Assembly (NCBI GenBank): GCA_033723415.1
Contig: JAWVXD010000005.1
Location: 160,001-224,000, forward strand
Source of the DNA: Sulfurospirillaceae bacterium
GTDB lineage: Bacteria > Campylobacterota > Campylobacteria > Campylobacterales > Sulfurospirillaceae
Direction: 5' to 3'
DNA length: 64,000 nucleotides
Below the pieces are notes generated by a model. The model was given only the letters and a program-made list of their open reading frames with translations, was not told the origin of the DNA and searched no databases. Within the stretch, counting starts at the first letter, position 1. Every line of letters begins with the position of its first letter. Shown here piece after piece: positions 55,188-64,000 of the stretch. Both the position numbers and the translations under genes were made by a program.

Positions 55188-56165
55188 TTATGCCCCCTCC
55201 CCTAAAATCTCAGCAACTTCTTTTGCATGATAACTTATGATTATATCTGCCCCGGCTCTTTTAAATCCAAGCATCGTTTCCATCATAACACGTTCATAAT
55301 CTATCACTCCTGCACTGCCAGCAGCTTTAAGCATCGCATATTCACCGCTTACATTATAGACGGCAAGAGGTAAACTTGTATATTCTCTTACATCTCTTAT
55401 GATATCAAGATAAGCAAGAGCCGGCTTCACCATAAGTATATCTGCTCCCTGAGCTTCATCTTCTATAGATTCTGCTATGGCTTCTCTTCTGTTTGCCGGG
55501 TCCATTTGATAACTTCTACGATCTCCAAAACTCGGTGCAGATTCTGCAACATCACGAAACGGTCCATAATAGGCACTTGCAAACTTCGTTGAATAACTCA
55601 TAATAGGCAGATTGATATAACCTTCACTATCAAGTGCATCTCTTAGGGCTTCTATCATCCCGTCCATCATACCGCTCGGTGCGATCATATCTACTCCTGC
55701 GCGTGCGTGAACCAAAGCCTGCTCGCCCAAGATCTCCAAAGTCGCGTCATTGTCTACGGTTTCGTTTTCCATATCTAGTATTCCGCAGTGTCCATGATCT
55801 GTAAATTCACAAAAACATAGATCGCTCACGACGAACATATCAGGATGCTCTTTTTTTATAGCTTTGATAGTCGAAGCTATGATACCGTGTTCACACAAAG
55901 CATCACTGCCTATACTGTCTTTTACATCCGGTATTCCAAATAAAATGATAGAGTTGATACCCAGTTTTTTTAGAAGCACACACTCTTTTAATATCTCATC
56001 TATGCTCATCTGATAAACTCCCGGCATTGAGCTTATCTCTTTTTTAATATTCTCTCCACTTTTTACGAACAAAGGATATATAAAATCTTTAATCGAAAGA
56101 TTGTTTTCTCTAACTAAGTCTCTTAAATTTTTATTTATTCGGAGTCTTCTAAATCTTTTAAACAT
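55188..56165 (-). CDS. hemB: Porphobilinogen synthase
   Basis: [36 protein letters not shown]. Confidence 0.98.
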   Translation of the reverse strand: MFKRFRRLRINKNLRDLVRENNLSIKDFIYPLFVKSGENIKKEISSMPGVYQMSIDEILKECVLLKKLGINSIILFGIPDVKDSIGSDALCEHGIIASTIKAIKKEHPDMFVVSDLCFCEFTDHGHCGILDMENETVDNDATLEILGEQALVHARAGVDMIAPSGMMDGMIEALRDALDSEGYINLPIMSYSTKFASAYYGPFRDVAESAPSFGDRRSYQMDPANRREAIAESIEDEAQGADILMVKPALAYLDIIRDVREYTSLPLAVYNVSGEYAMLKAAGSAGVIDYERVMMETMLGFKRAGADIIISYHAKEVAEILGEGA

Positions 56166-56301
56166 GGTTTATCCTTATGAGGGCTAAATAAAATTATTTT
56201 ATAAAAATAGTAATTTTACCATAATATACTTAATACTTTTTCAATACAAGAAGACAAGCGGACATGATATAAATCTGCATAATTGCTAGTTTTTGTCAAA
56301 A

Positions 56302-57870
56302 TCAATCTTTAAATTCATCCCTTATCTTTAAAAATTCGTCTAAATGTTCAAAAAAGATATCAACTAATTTTGGATCAAAATGTTTGCCTCTCTCTTGTTT
56401 AAATAACTCAAATATAGCATCATCGGCCCAAGCTTTTTTATATACTCTATCACTACCCAGTGCATCAAAAACGTCCGCTATGGCCGTAATACGCCCAAAA
56501 ATATGGATATCCTTTCCTCTTTTTTTATCCGGATATCCTGTGCCATCCCATTTTTCGTGATGTTCTTTGGCAACAATAGCTGCCATCTTTAGAAGAGTTT
56601 TGTTAGAGCCTTTTAACATATCATATCCCAAATTGGCATGAGTGTCCATGATAGCTCTCTCTTCAGCTGTAAATTTTCCTGGTTTGTTCAAAACAGAGTC
56701 AGGAATAGCCACTTTACCTATGTCATGCATCGGTGAGACCTGTTTTATCATCTCAGTTTCAACTTCACTCAAACCATAAAGCTTTGCAAACAGTTTTGAG
56801 TATTCGGCAACTCTTTTGACATGATTACCGGTTTCTTTGCTTCGCTGCTCACCTATAGTTCCCATAGTAAAGATGACTTCTTGCTGCGTTTCTATGATCT
56901 CATTGTCCAGTTTTTTTATCTCTTCTAGTCCTTCTTGGACTCTTGCTTCGATCTCATCAACAGATAGACCGACGTTTTTGTTGACACGAAAAGCCAAAAT
57001 TATAATAACTAGAATTACAAAACCAAGAAGGAAAAGGGCAAAAAAGTTAGAAGAATTTATAAATGTGGAAGAGATTGCTTCGATCCTGTTTTGTATCTCT
57101 GAATTAACTCTGCTGTTTTGTTTTATGATGTGAAAGATATCGTCTGTTATTTTAGATTCCATCGCTTCAATTTGATTTATGCGAATCACCATATTGCTTA
57201 TCTTTTTAACTATCTTTTCATACTTATCTAATTTAGGAAGATTTGTCGCATCTTTTATTTCATTTATATTTTTTAACCATTCATTCAAAGAAGTTCTGTC
57301 TTTTTTTTGATAAAGCGTCTCTTTGCTATAATATTTAAGATTTCCGAGAGCTCCCATGATATTGTAGTTTCCACTTCTTAAAACTTCACTTTCTATCTCT
57401 TTTCTTATCTTGTCTTCTTGTGGATATTCAAGCTTGAATTTTGCCAAGAGATAAATCTTCTCTTTATGTAATTTATAGGCTTTATCAAATGCAGACTCTA
57501 TTTCTTTTTCATTTTTGAAAAGCATATGTAGTTTTTTGTTGAGTACTTTATCACTGTGAATATCAAAAAATATCTGATCTTGATAATAATCTGTATTATC
57601 TGAGAACATTTTTTTGGTTTCTTCAAAGTTTTTTTCACGTTGCGTAAATTGCATTTTTACATCATTTAATTTTTGAATCTTTTGAGAACTGATCAAGTCT
57701 TTTGAGAGTGAGTTCATCTGCTCTTGAAGAGAAACAAGCTTTGAGATATTTTTTTGAGACTGGTTGTTGTCTCTTATCTGATATAGTACGATATAGTTTA
57801 TAAGACCAACCAGTATGATTAAAACAGAAATAAGTAAAAAACTTAATTTGACAATTTTTTTAATGCCCAT
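56302..57870 (-). CDS. Membrane-anchored HD-GYP phosphodiesterase with periplasmic helical sensor
   Basis: Two TM segments; ETGNHVKRV, HDIGK, HHEKWDGTGYP, ADVFDAL. Confidence 0.9.
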   Translation of the reverse strand: MGIKKIVKLSFLLISVLIILVGLINYIVLYQIRDNNQSQKNISKLVSLQEQMNSLSKDLISSQKIQKLNDVKMQFTQREKNFEETKKMFSDNTDYYQDQIFFDIHSDKVLNKKLHMLFKNEKEIESAFDKAYKLHKEKIYLLAKFKLEYPQEDKIRKEIESEVLRSGNYNIMGALGNLKYYSKETLYQKKDRTSLNEWLKNINEIKDATNLPKLDKYEKIVKKISNMVIRINQIEAMESKITDDIFHIIKQNSRVNSEIQNRIEAISSTFINSSNFFALFLLGFVILVIIILAFRVNKNVGLSVDEIEARVQEGLEEIKKLDNEIIETQQEVIFTMGTIGEQRSKETGNHVKRVAEYSKLFAKLYGLSEVETEMIKQVSPMHDIGKVAIPDSVLNKPGKFTAEERAIMDTHANLGYDMLKGSNKTLLKMAAIVAKEHHEKWDGTGYPDKKRGKDIHIFGRITAIADVFDALGSDRVYKKAWADDAIFELFKQERGKHFDPKLVDIFFEHLDEFLKIRDEFKD

Positions 57871-58040
57871 AGTTTCCTTAACCGTTTTGCAATATAGTTT
57901 TAAACCAAAGTTTCAATCTTGTAAAAATTTAGGTTTAAACATTTTTTTTTATAATGTTAGATAAAATACACATTTATGTAAAAATGATAATTTTACCACA
58001 TTAAACTTAAATAATTTTTCAGCAAAGGTATAAGAAAAAA

Positions 58041-58604
58041 ATGCAAATAGAGATATCCAATGTTGCGAATCTTCCGACAAAGTATGGAGATTTTAAAATC
58101 CAATCCTTTAAAGAAGGGATAAAAGAACATCTTGTTATATTCAAAGAGCCTTTAAGCGACACCCCTATAGTTAGAATCCATAGCGAATGCCTCACCGGAG
58201 ATACAATAGGAAGCTTAAAATGTGACTGTGGGGATCAACTGAAATTTGCACTTGAGACCATCAATGAAAATACAGGTATGGTCATATATCTCAGACAAGA
58301 AGGAAGAGACATAGGCCTTCTAAATAAAGTAAATGCCTATGCTTTGCAAGATATAGGTTTAAATACCGTAGAAGCAAATCATCAACTAGGTTTTGAAGCA
58401 GATCAGAGACATTATGAGATAGTTGAAACGATACTGAACCATTTTAAGATCAAATCCATCAAACTTTTGACTAATAATCCTAAAAAAATGGCAAGCTTAA
58501 AGAGTGTCAAGATCACTGAGCGTATCCCGATCATCATAAAATCAAACAAGTATAATGACAAATATCTAAAAACAAAAAAAGATGAAATGGGTCACTTGTT
58601 TTAG
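58041..58604 (+). CDS. ribA: GTP cyclohydrolase II
   Basis: RIHSECLTGD, CDCG, QEGRDIGL, LLTNNP. Confidence 0.97.
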   Translation: MQIEISNVANLPTKYGDFKIQSFKEGIKEHLVIFKEPLSDTPIVRIHSECLTGDTIGSLKCDCGDQLKFALETINENTGMVIYLRQEGRDIGLLNKVNAYALQDIGLNTVEANHQLGFEADQRHYEIVETILNHFKIKSIKLLTNNPKKMASLKSVKITERIPIIIKSNKYNDKYLKTKKDEMGHLF

Positions 58605-58613
58605 GAATAGATC

Positions 58614-58982
58614 ATGTTAAAAATCTTTTTATCCATCGTCTGCATCTATGCTGTATTATTTGCATGCGAGGGAGACTGCCTAAAATGCCATCAAACCTTA
58701 GTAAAAAACGGGAAGATAGATGAAAATCACCAAATATTGACAACCTGCAAAAACTGCCATAACTCAACACCAAAAGATTTTGAAAAGATGGGTGCAGCCT
58801 GCGGTCAAGACTGCTGGGAATGTCATAGTGTGCAAAAGGTCATGGCGATCAAAATAAAACAGCATGAAGTCTTAAACAATTGTATTGCTTGCCACAAAAA
58901 ATTGGCAAAAGATCAAGGCTTTTTGAAACTCGGGAACAATGGTTTTTCCACAGACTCCATTTTTAAAGATCTTGTCAAATGA
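58614..58982 (+). CDS. Small periplasmic tetraheme cytochrome c
   Basis: Signal peptide; four CxxCH motifs (CLKCH, CKNCH, CWECH, CIACH). Confidence 0.85.
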   Translation: MLKIFLSIVCIYAVLFACEGDCLKCHQTLVKNGKIDENHQILTTCKNCHNSTPKDFEKMGAACGQDCWECHSVQKVMAIKIKQHEVLNNCIACHKKLAKDQGFLKLGNNGFSTDSIFKDLVK

Positions 58983-59755
58983 GAGGCTTTATAAAAAATA
59001 CTCTATTTGAAAATGAGAAAAATTCAAACTATTATTTTGAGAAACACTTTCATGACACCTACACTATAGGTTTGACATATAGCGGCTTTTTAAAATCTTA
59101 CAATTTATCTCAAAATTACGATTCATACCAATACTCTTGCAGAATAAACAATCCCGGAGAGATGCATGGGGGTTGTTCAACAAACTGGAATCACGTAAAC
59201 TTTTATCCAAGAGTTGAACTTCTTGTCAACATATATGAACAGATATTTTTAGAAAAAAGAGTTCCTTTTTTTAGAAAACATATCATAGACGATAAAATAT
59301 TGTTTTTAAAACTGGATATGTTTTTCAACTCTATACAGACCAAAAATGATATGCTGATAGAATCTAATCTCATTGAGGCTTTGTCATATCTTGTACTAAA
59401 TTACACTACTTGCACAAAGAATTTCAAACATATGTTTGATGACAAAAAGATCATCAAAGAAACACTCAATTTTATAAATGAATCTATAGAGGATAACATA
59501 ACCTTGGATTCTTTGGCAAAAAATTCTTCTCTGAGCAAGTTTCACTTTTTGAGAGTATTCAAAAAAGAGCTTGGTATGACACCTCACTCTTTTATCATAA
59601 ACGAGAGGATAAATCGAGCAAATGCTCTCATACAAAACGGTACTCCGATAAGTCTGGCAAGTACGGCAGTAGGATTTAACGATCAGTCCCACTTTAGCAA
59701 AAATTTCAAAAAATATTTTGGCTATTCACCAAAAAAGAGCAATTTTATCCTATAA
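58979..59755 (+). CDS. AraC family transcriptional regulator
   Basis: Cupin HFHDTY, LSKFHFLRVFKKELGMTP, GFNDQSHFSKNFKK. Confidence 0.93.
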   Translation: MRGFIKNTLFENEKNSNYYFEKHFHDTYTIGLTYSGFLKSYNLSQNYDSYQYSCRINNPGEMHGGCSTNWNHVNFYPRVELLVNIYEQIFLEKRVPFFRKHIIDDKILFLKLDMFFNSIQTKNDMLIESNLIEALSYLVLNYTTCTKNFKHMFDDKKIIKETLNFINESIEDNITLDSLAKNSSLSKFHFLRVFKKELGMTPHSFIINERINRANALIQNGTPISLASTAVGFNDQSHFSKNFKKYFGYSPKKSNFIL

Positions 59756-59811
59756 AAAAATTCTGATTTTTACTATACTTTCTCAACTGAATTATTATCA
59801 AGGATAACTTT

Positions 59812-60696
59812 ATGCAAGAAACGACAAATAAAAATTTATTTTACATAGCCCTTTTTATCGCAATGATCGGTTGGGGAGCTTCTTGGGTAAATGTAAAAGT
59901 TCTAAGCTCATATATAGATGAGTTCGATATGGTCTTTTTTCGCTTTTCTATCACGGGGCTTACGATGATCCCTATCATCTTGATCTTGAAAAAATCTTTT
60001 AAAATAGACTTGAAAAGTTTCGCTCTTGTAGTGATCGCAAGTATTGCATTTATCACTTACATGAAGTATTTTTTCTTAGGTACAAAGTTTGGGACAGCCG
60101 CGCTCGGTGGTGCACTTGTTACATCTATGATTCCTATAAATACCTTTATATTTTTAGCATTTTTAGGATCAAGAAATGCAACTAAAAAAGATTATTTTGC
60201 CCTTCTATTAGGAGCGATAGGTGTTTTGACCATGCTTGACATCTGGGATTCTCATATCAAAGATATACTTGTGATCCAAAACTTATATTTTTTATTGGCT
60301 TCTATTTTGTGGCCGATTTTTACGATCATAAGCTCAAAATCCACAAAAATTTCACCTATAGTTTTTAGTTTTTACCTTTATGTAGTTACAGTTGTCTTAG
60401 ACGGTGTTTTCTTTGTGAACTTCCACACCATTAATTACGCCGGATTTGATCATATCTTTTGGATAAATCTGCTCAGCATCTCGATCTTGGCTTCAACATA
60501 CTCAAATACGATATATTTCTTAGGAATCGAAAGACTAGGTGCGGGGAATGTGAGCTCATTCATCTTTTTAGTTCCTTTTTCTGCGATCGTTCTAAGTGCT
60601 ATCTTTTTACATGAGCACATCGGTATCTCGATCATTATAGGAACTATTTTGACATTATTTGCAGTGAAGATACTAAACAACATAAAGTTTAGATAA
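59812..60696 (+). CDS. DMT/EamA family transporter
   Basis: Ten TM, WG.SW, FFRF, LVP...LHE pattern. Confidence 0.88.
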   Translation: MQETTNKNLFYIALFIAMIGWGASWVNVKVLSSYIDEFDMVFFRFSITGLTMIPIILILKKSFKIDLKSFALVVIASIAFITYMKYFFLGTKFGTAALGGALVTSMIPINTFIFLAFLGSRNATKKDYFALLLGAIGVLTMLDIWDSHIKDILVIQNLYFLLASILWPIFTIISSKSTKISPIVFSFYLYVVTVVLDGVFFVNFHTINYAGFDHIFWINLLSISILASTYSNTIYFLGIERLGAGNVSSFIFLVPFSAIVLSAIFLHEHIGISIIIGTILTLFAVKILNNIKFR

Positions 60697-60721
60697 ATCA
60701 AATATCGGCTATAATTTTAGC

Positions 60722-61300
60722 ATGATACAAAAAGAAAACCACTATGCTTTAGCAAATGATTTCAATAAAAAATGTGAAAATTTCACTAGGCTTATATTAA
60801 ACTACAATAAAATCCACAATATTACCGGAGCTAAGGATGCTTCGGCAATAAAGGCAAATATAGAAGATAGTATATATCCTATAAAATTTTTACCTGATGG
60901 CATCAAGAACGCTATAGATGTGGGAACCGGAGCAGGATTTCCGGGGCTTCTCTTGGCTATCGCATTGCCACAGATTCATTTTACTCTTTTTGAGCCTATA
61001 AAAAAGAAAAGCTCTTTTTTGCATTTGGCAAAATCTGCATTAAATTTACAAAATGTAGATATAATTTCACAAAGAGTTGAAAAAGTAGAAGCATTTGACA
61101 CAGATCTTATATGTTCACGTGCCGTTACAAAAACTGACTTACTTTTGAAAATATGTAAAAATTTTATTTACGACAAAAGCATACTGCTGTTTTACAAAGG
61201 TACAAGCGTAAAAGAAGAGATAAAAGATCTCGTAAATTATGAAATTTACAAAAACGGTAATAGAAATTATCTAATTGTAAAGACTAAAGGAAATTTTTAA
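60722..61300 (+). CDS. rsmG: 16S rRNA m7G527 methyltransferase
   Basis: YNKIHNIT, DVGTGAGFPG, SRAV, YKG. Confidence 0.95.
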   Translation: MIQKENHYALANDFNKKCENFTRLILNYNKIHNITGAKDASAIKANIEDSIYPIKFLPDGIKNAIDVGTGAGFPGLLLAIALPQIHFTLFEPIKKKSSFLHLAKSALNLQNVDIISQRVEKVEAFDTDLICSRAVTKTDLLLKICKNFIYDKSILLFYKGTSVKEEIKDLVNYEIYKNGNRNYLIVKTKGNF

Positions 61301-61531
61301 ATGATAATGAAATGGTTAATATTTGGCGTTATCGCATGGTTTATATATATAGTATTTTTTAAGGCATCTAGAACATCATCTACTCCTCCTCCCAAAAGCG
61401 ATAAAAAGAAAAAGATAGACGGTGATACGATGATAGAATGTCCGAAATGCTCCGTGTTCGTCAGTGAGAGAGATGCGATCATAAAAGACGGTAAATTTTA
61501 CTGTTCCAAAGAGTGTGCAGGACTAAAATAA
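61301..61531 (+). CDS. PP0621-family small zinc-binding membrane protein
   Basis: N-terminal TM, MIECPKC.VFV, FYCSKEC. Confidence 0.8.
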   Translation: MIMKWLIFGVIAWFIYIVFFKASRTSSTPPPKSDKKKKIDGDTMIECPKCSVFVSERDAIIKDGKFYCSKECAGLK

Positions 61532-61890
61532 TGCAGATATTTAACCACCCTTTCATTGAATGTCGCAAATTTTACGAAATCAAAACACTAGAAGATATAA
61601 AAAAAACTCCTTCAAATTCTGTACTTTTGAGTGATTTCGACAAAAAGATCATCACATATTGCAAGACCCAAAATCTTGTCTTTGGAGTAAGAATTGCATC
61701 GGTTAAAGAGTTAGTCTTGGCGGCTGCTTCAAACGCATCCTATCTTCTTGTAAATAAAGATTTTGCAAAAACGGCACAGCAGATTGCAGACGAATATATG
61801 TACGATGCGAAGATACTGCTGATAAGCGATGATGAAGAAGATATAGAATTTTGTGCCTTAAACGGCATAGACGGGATATTTTTTACTTAA
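61531..61890 (+). CDS. Conserved hypothetical protein
   Basis: TAATG coupling to the previous gene; AQQIADEYMYDAKIL...GIDG motif. Confidence 0.75.
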   Translation: MQIFNHPFIECRKFYEIKTLEDIKKTPSNSVLLSDFDKKIITYCKTQNLVFGVRIASVKELVLAAASNASYLLVNKDFAKTAQQIADEYMYDAKILLISDDEEDIEFCALNGIDGIFFT

Positions 61891-61909
61891 AGGTTTCAAG
61901 GTCGCTTGC

Positions 61910-62557
61910 GTGAATCCGGATATCAACGATTTTTCCACAACAGAAGAGATCTGGCATGCATTGACGCATGGTGTAGGTCTGATCTTGAGTATAGCAGGAT
62001 TGGTTATACTGATAATAGCCTCTGCTCTGCATTCTAATGCCATCGGTATCACTGCCTCTACGATATACGGTTCTACTTTGATCATCATGTACGGTTCATC
62101 CACGCTCTATCACGCAAGCAAAAAACAGAAGATAAAAAAAATTTTCCAAACTTTCGACCACGCATCGATTTACTTTTTGATAGCAGGAACCTATACGCCT
62201 ATGACGCTTGTCACACTAAACGGCGGTTGGGGTTGGAGTTTTTTCGGAGTCAGTTGGGGCATCGCAGCATTTGGCACCCTTTTGAAGTTTTTATATCCGA
62301 GACGCTTTGAGAGATTGTCTCTGCTTTTGTATGTGGTCATGGGCTGGATGCTCATCATAGCTGCAGACCCGATTCTACACTCCATGCCCACAGGCGGCTT
62401 GATCTTGCTTCTCATCGGTGGACTCTTTTACAGTTTCGGTATCATATTTTATGTCAAAGACAATAAAAACTTTTTTCATACGATCTGGCACTTCTTTGTA
62501 CTAGCAGGCAGTATCTCTCACTACTTCATGACACTTTTTTACATCATCCTAAAATAA
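61910..62557 (+). CDS. Hemolysin III / PAQR family membrane protein
   Basis: EE..HALTHG, STLYH, DHASIYFLIAGTYTP, HTIWHFFVL. Confidence 0.93.
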   Translation: MNPDINDFSTTEEIWHALTHGVGLILSIAGLVILIIASALHSNAIGITASTIYGSTLIIMYGSSTLYHASKKQKIKKIFQTFDHASIYFLIAGTYTPMTLVTLNGGWGWSFFGVSWGIAAFGTLLKFLYPRRFERLSLLLYVVMGWMLIIAADPILHSMPTGGLILLLIGGLFYSFGIIFYVKDNKNFFHTIWHFFVLAGSISHYFMTLFYIILK

Positions 62558-62572
62558 TAGACTCTTTCAATT

Positions 62573-63292
62573 TCACATACTCCCGCTCAACTTATAACCG
62601 ATACCGTAAATGCTCTCGATTACGACATCAGGGATCTTCTTTTTCAATCGCACGATCATATTACGTACGTTATCTTTTTTTATATCTTCATTATTCAGAT
62701 AAAAATGATTGACTATGTTATCTGTAGTACACGTATAACCAAGATTTTCAAGCAGTACTTCGATCAGCAATACATCATATTTCGCAAGATCAAGCTGTTT
62801 GCCCTTATACAAAAGAGCTTTCTTCTTTTTGTTCCATTCAAGCGAGGCACTCACTTGTAAGATTGCATCATGATCTGATACAAATAAGTCACTGACTTTA
62901 TTTAGAACTGCCAGCATGTTCTGCGTACCGACAGGTTTTGGGGCAAAATGCAAAATACCGAGATTTATAAATTCTATCAAATACTCAGGTTTCTGATGTG
63001 CCGATATCACTATAAAGATCTGATCATCGTTTTCTTTTTTGATCGCCTTGATAAGCTCCATACCATTAAATTTTGGCATCTCGCAATCTGTCATTACGAT
63101 ATCGTAGAATTTACCGCTTGTATCTTTAAAATCAAGATACGCTTTCAATCCTTCTTCACCGTTTGAAGCGGTCGTTACTTTTTTAAAGTAATCACTTAAG
63201 ATCGAAGAGAGTCTCTTTTGAAGTGGAAGATAATCTTCAACAAAAAGAATCGTCAGATCTTTGCATTTTTCATATAATTTTTGTGCCATCAT
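62573..63292 (-). CDS. OmpR-family response regulator
   Basis: FVED, TDCEMP, KP, winged helix ending YGIGYKL. Confidence 0.9.
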   Translation of the reverse strand: MMAQKLYEKCKDLTILFVEDYLPLQKRLSSILSDYFKKVTTASNGEEGLKAYLDFKDTSGKFYDIVMTDCEMPKFNGMELIKAIKKENDDQIFIVISAHQKPEYLIEFINLGILHFAPKPVGTQNMLAVLNKVSDLFVSDHDAILQVSASLEWNKKKKALLYKGKQLDLAKYDVLLIEVLLENLGYTCTTDNIVNHFYLNNEDIKKDNVRNMIVRLKKKIPDVVIESIYGIGYKLSGSM

Positions 63293-64000
63293 TTATCACC
63301 GTATAAAATAATCTCAAAACACACCCCATCTCTAGTATTGCTTACATTTAGCATTCCAGAGCTGTGATTTTCGATCACTATCTTAGAGATATAAAGTCCT
63401 AGTCCAGTGCCGTTTTTCTCAGTTTTTGTAGAAAAATATGGATCAAAGATCTTCTCTAAAACACTCTCCTCAATACCGCCGCCGTTATCACAGATCTTAA
63501 TGCTAAACTGATTTTCATGTTCGTCTGCACTAATACGTATCTGGCGATTTGTTACCTTTTTTTCTACGAAATTATCGATACTATTCTTCACAATATTTAA
63601 AACGACTTGCATGACCTCATACGTATAGATATGAAGGCTACTGGTCGTATTGATATCTATTTCAACATCCACGCTCTCTCTTCTAGTCGTCGTATCCAGG
63701 ATATTTAAAGCCTTCTCTATCGGTATGTTCAAAGTCGTAACTTCTTTTTCTTTATTCGGCTTGAAGAAATTTGTAAAATCTTCTATTGTGCCGGTGAGAT
63801 ACTGGGTATATCTATCTATGTCACTCAAACTCTCTTCTAAAAATTTCAAAAAAGTCTTTTGTGATGCTTGGTCATTTAAATCAAACTTTTTCAAATCGAT
63901 CTTATTTTGAATATCAAATGCCGTCATGTCGATGACGCTGAGCGGTTGTCGCCACTGATGCGCTATCATACTGATCATCTCTCCCATCTGAGCTAGTCTT
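63289..64000 (-). CDS. Sensor histidine kinase (3' part, start outside window)
   Basis: IAHQWRQPL, DNGGG, FDPYFSTK, GTGLGL; frame is open to the window edge. Confidence 0.92.
   Translation of the reverse strand, partial: RLAQMGEMISMIAHQWRQPLSVIDMTAFDIQNKIDLKKFDLNDQASQKTFLKFLEESLSDIDRYTQYLTGTIEDFTNFFKPNKEKEVTTLNIPIEKALNILDTTTRRESVDVEIDINTTSSLHIYTYEVMQVVLNIVKNSIDNFVEKKVTNRQIRISADEHENQFSIKICDNGGGIEESVLEKIFDPYFSTKTEKNGTGLGLYISKIVIENHSSGMLNVSNTRDGVCFEIILYGDK

Noticed and set aside
57897..57941. Inverted repeat TTTAAACC...GGTTTAAA in the HD-GYP/ribA divergent gap
   Set aside because: Short and AT-rich; cannot be told from chance without conservation data.

Overview
AT-rich chromosomal window from a Campylobacterota (Epsilonproteobacteria) genome, most like Sulfurospirillum judging by gene content, gene order and the tmRNA tag; the organism call is an inference. 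It is mostly core genome. It contains dapE-mutS2-murC-dapC-thiF-xseB-metX-guaB-gatA-ileS with divergent cinA, four tRNAs (Lys, Glu, Val, Asp), a CcsBA cytochrome c synthase, a LIV ABC transporter and an OprD-like porin. It also holds a TRAP DctPQM system next to a Cache two-component system and a second orphan DctP, tmRNA, mlaA-mlaC-MMPL, trpA, panB-ruvB, a bacterial dynamin-like pair, frdCAB, lgt, hemN/argF/hemB, an HD-GYP protein, ribA, a small tetraheme cytochrome, AraC+DMT, rsmG and a second two-component system. I saw no CRISPR array, prophage, integrase or transposase. The best unexplained signal is a pair of homologous, highly structured ~110-146 nt non-coding elements on either side of argF. 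They show compensatory base-pair changes and each ends directly at the Shine-Dalgarno sequence of the next gene. Other leads are an RBS-sequestering hairpin/promoter arrangement before ccsBA, a possible co-sensor DctP, a structured element between the MMPL gene and trpA, and a 36-aa membrane ORF missed by the ORF track.
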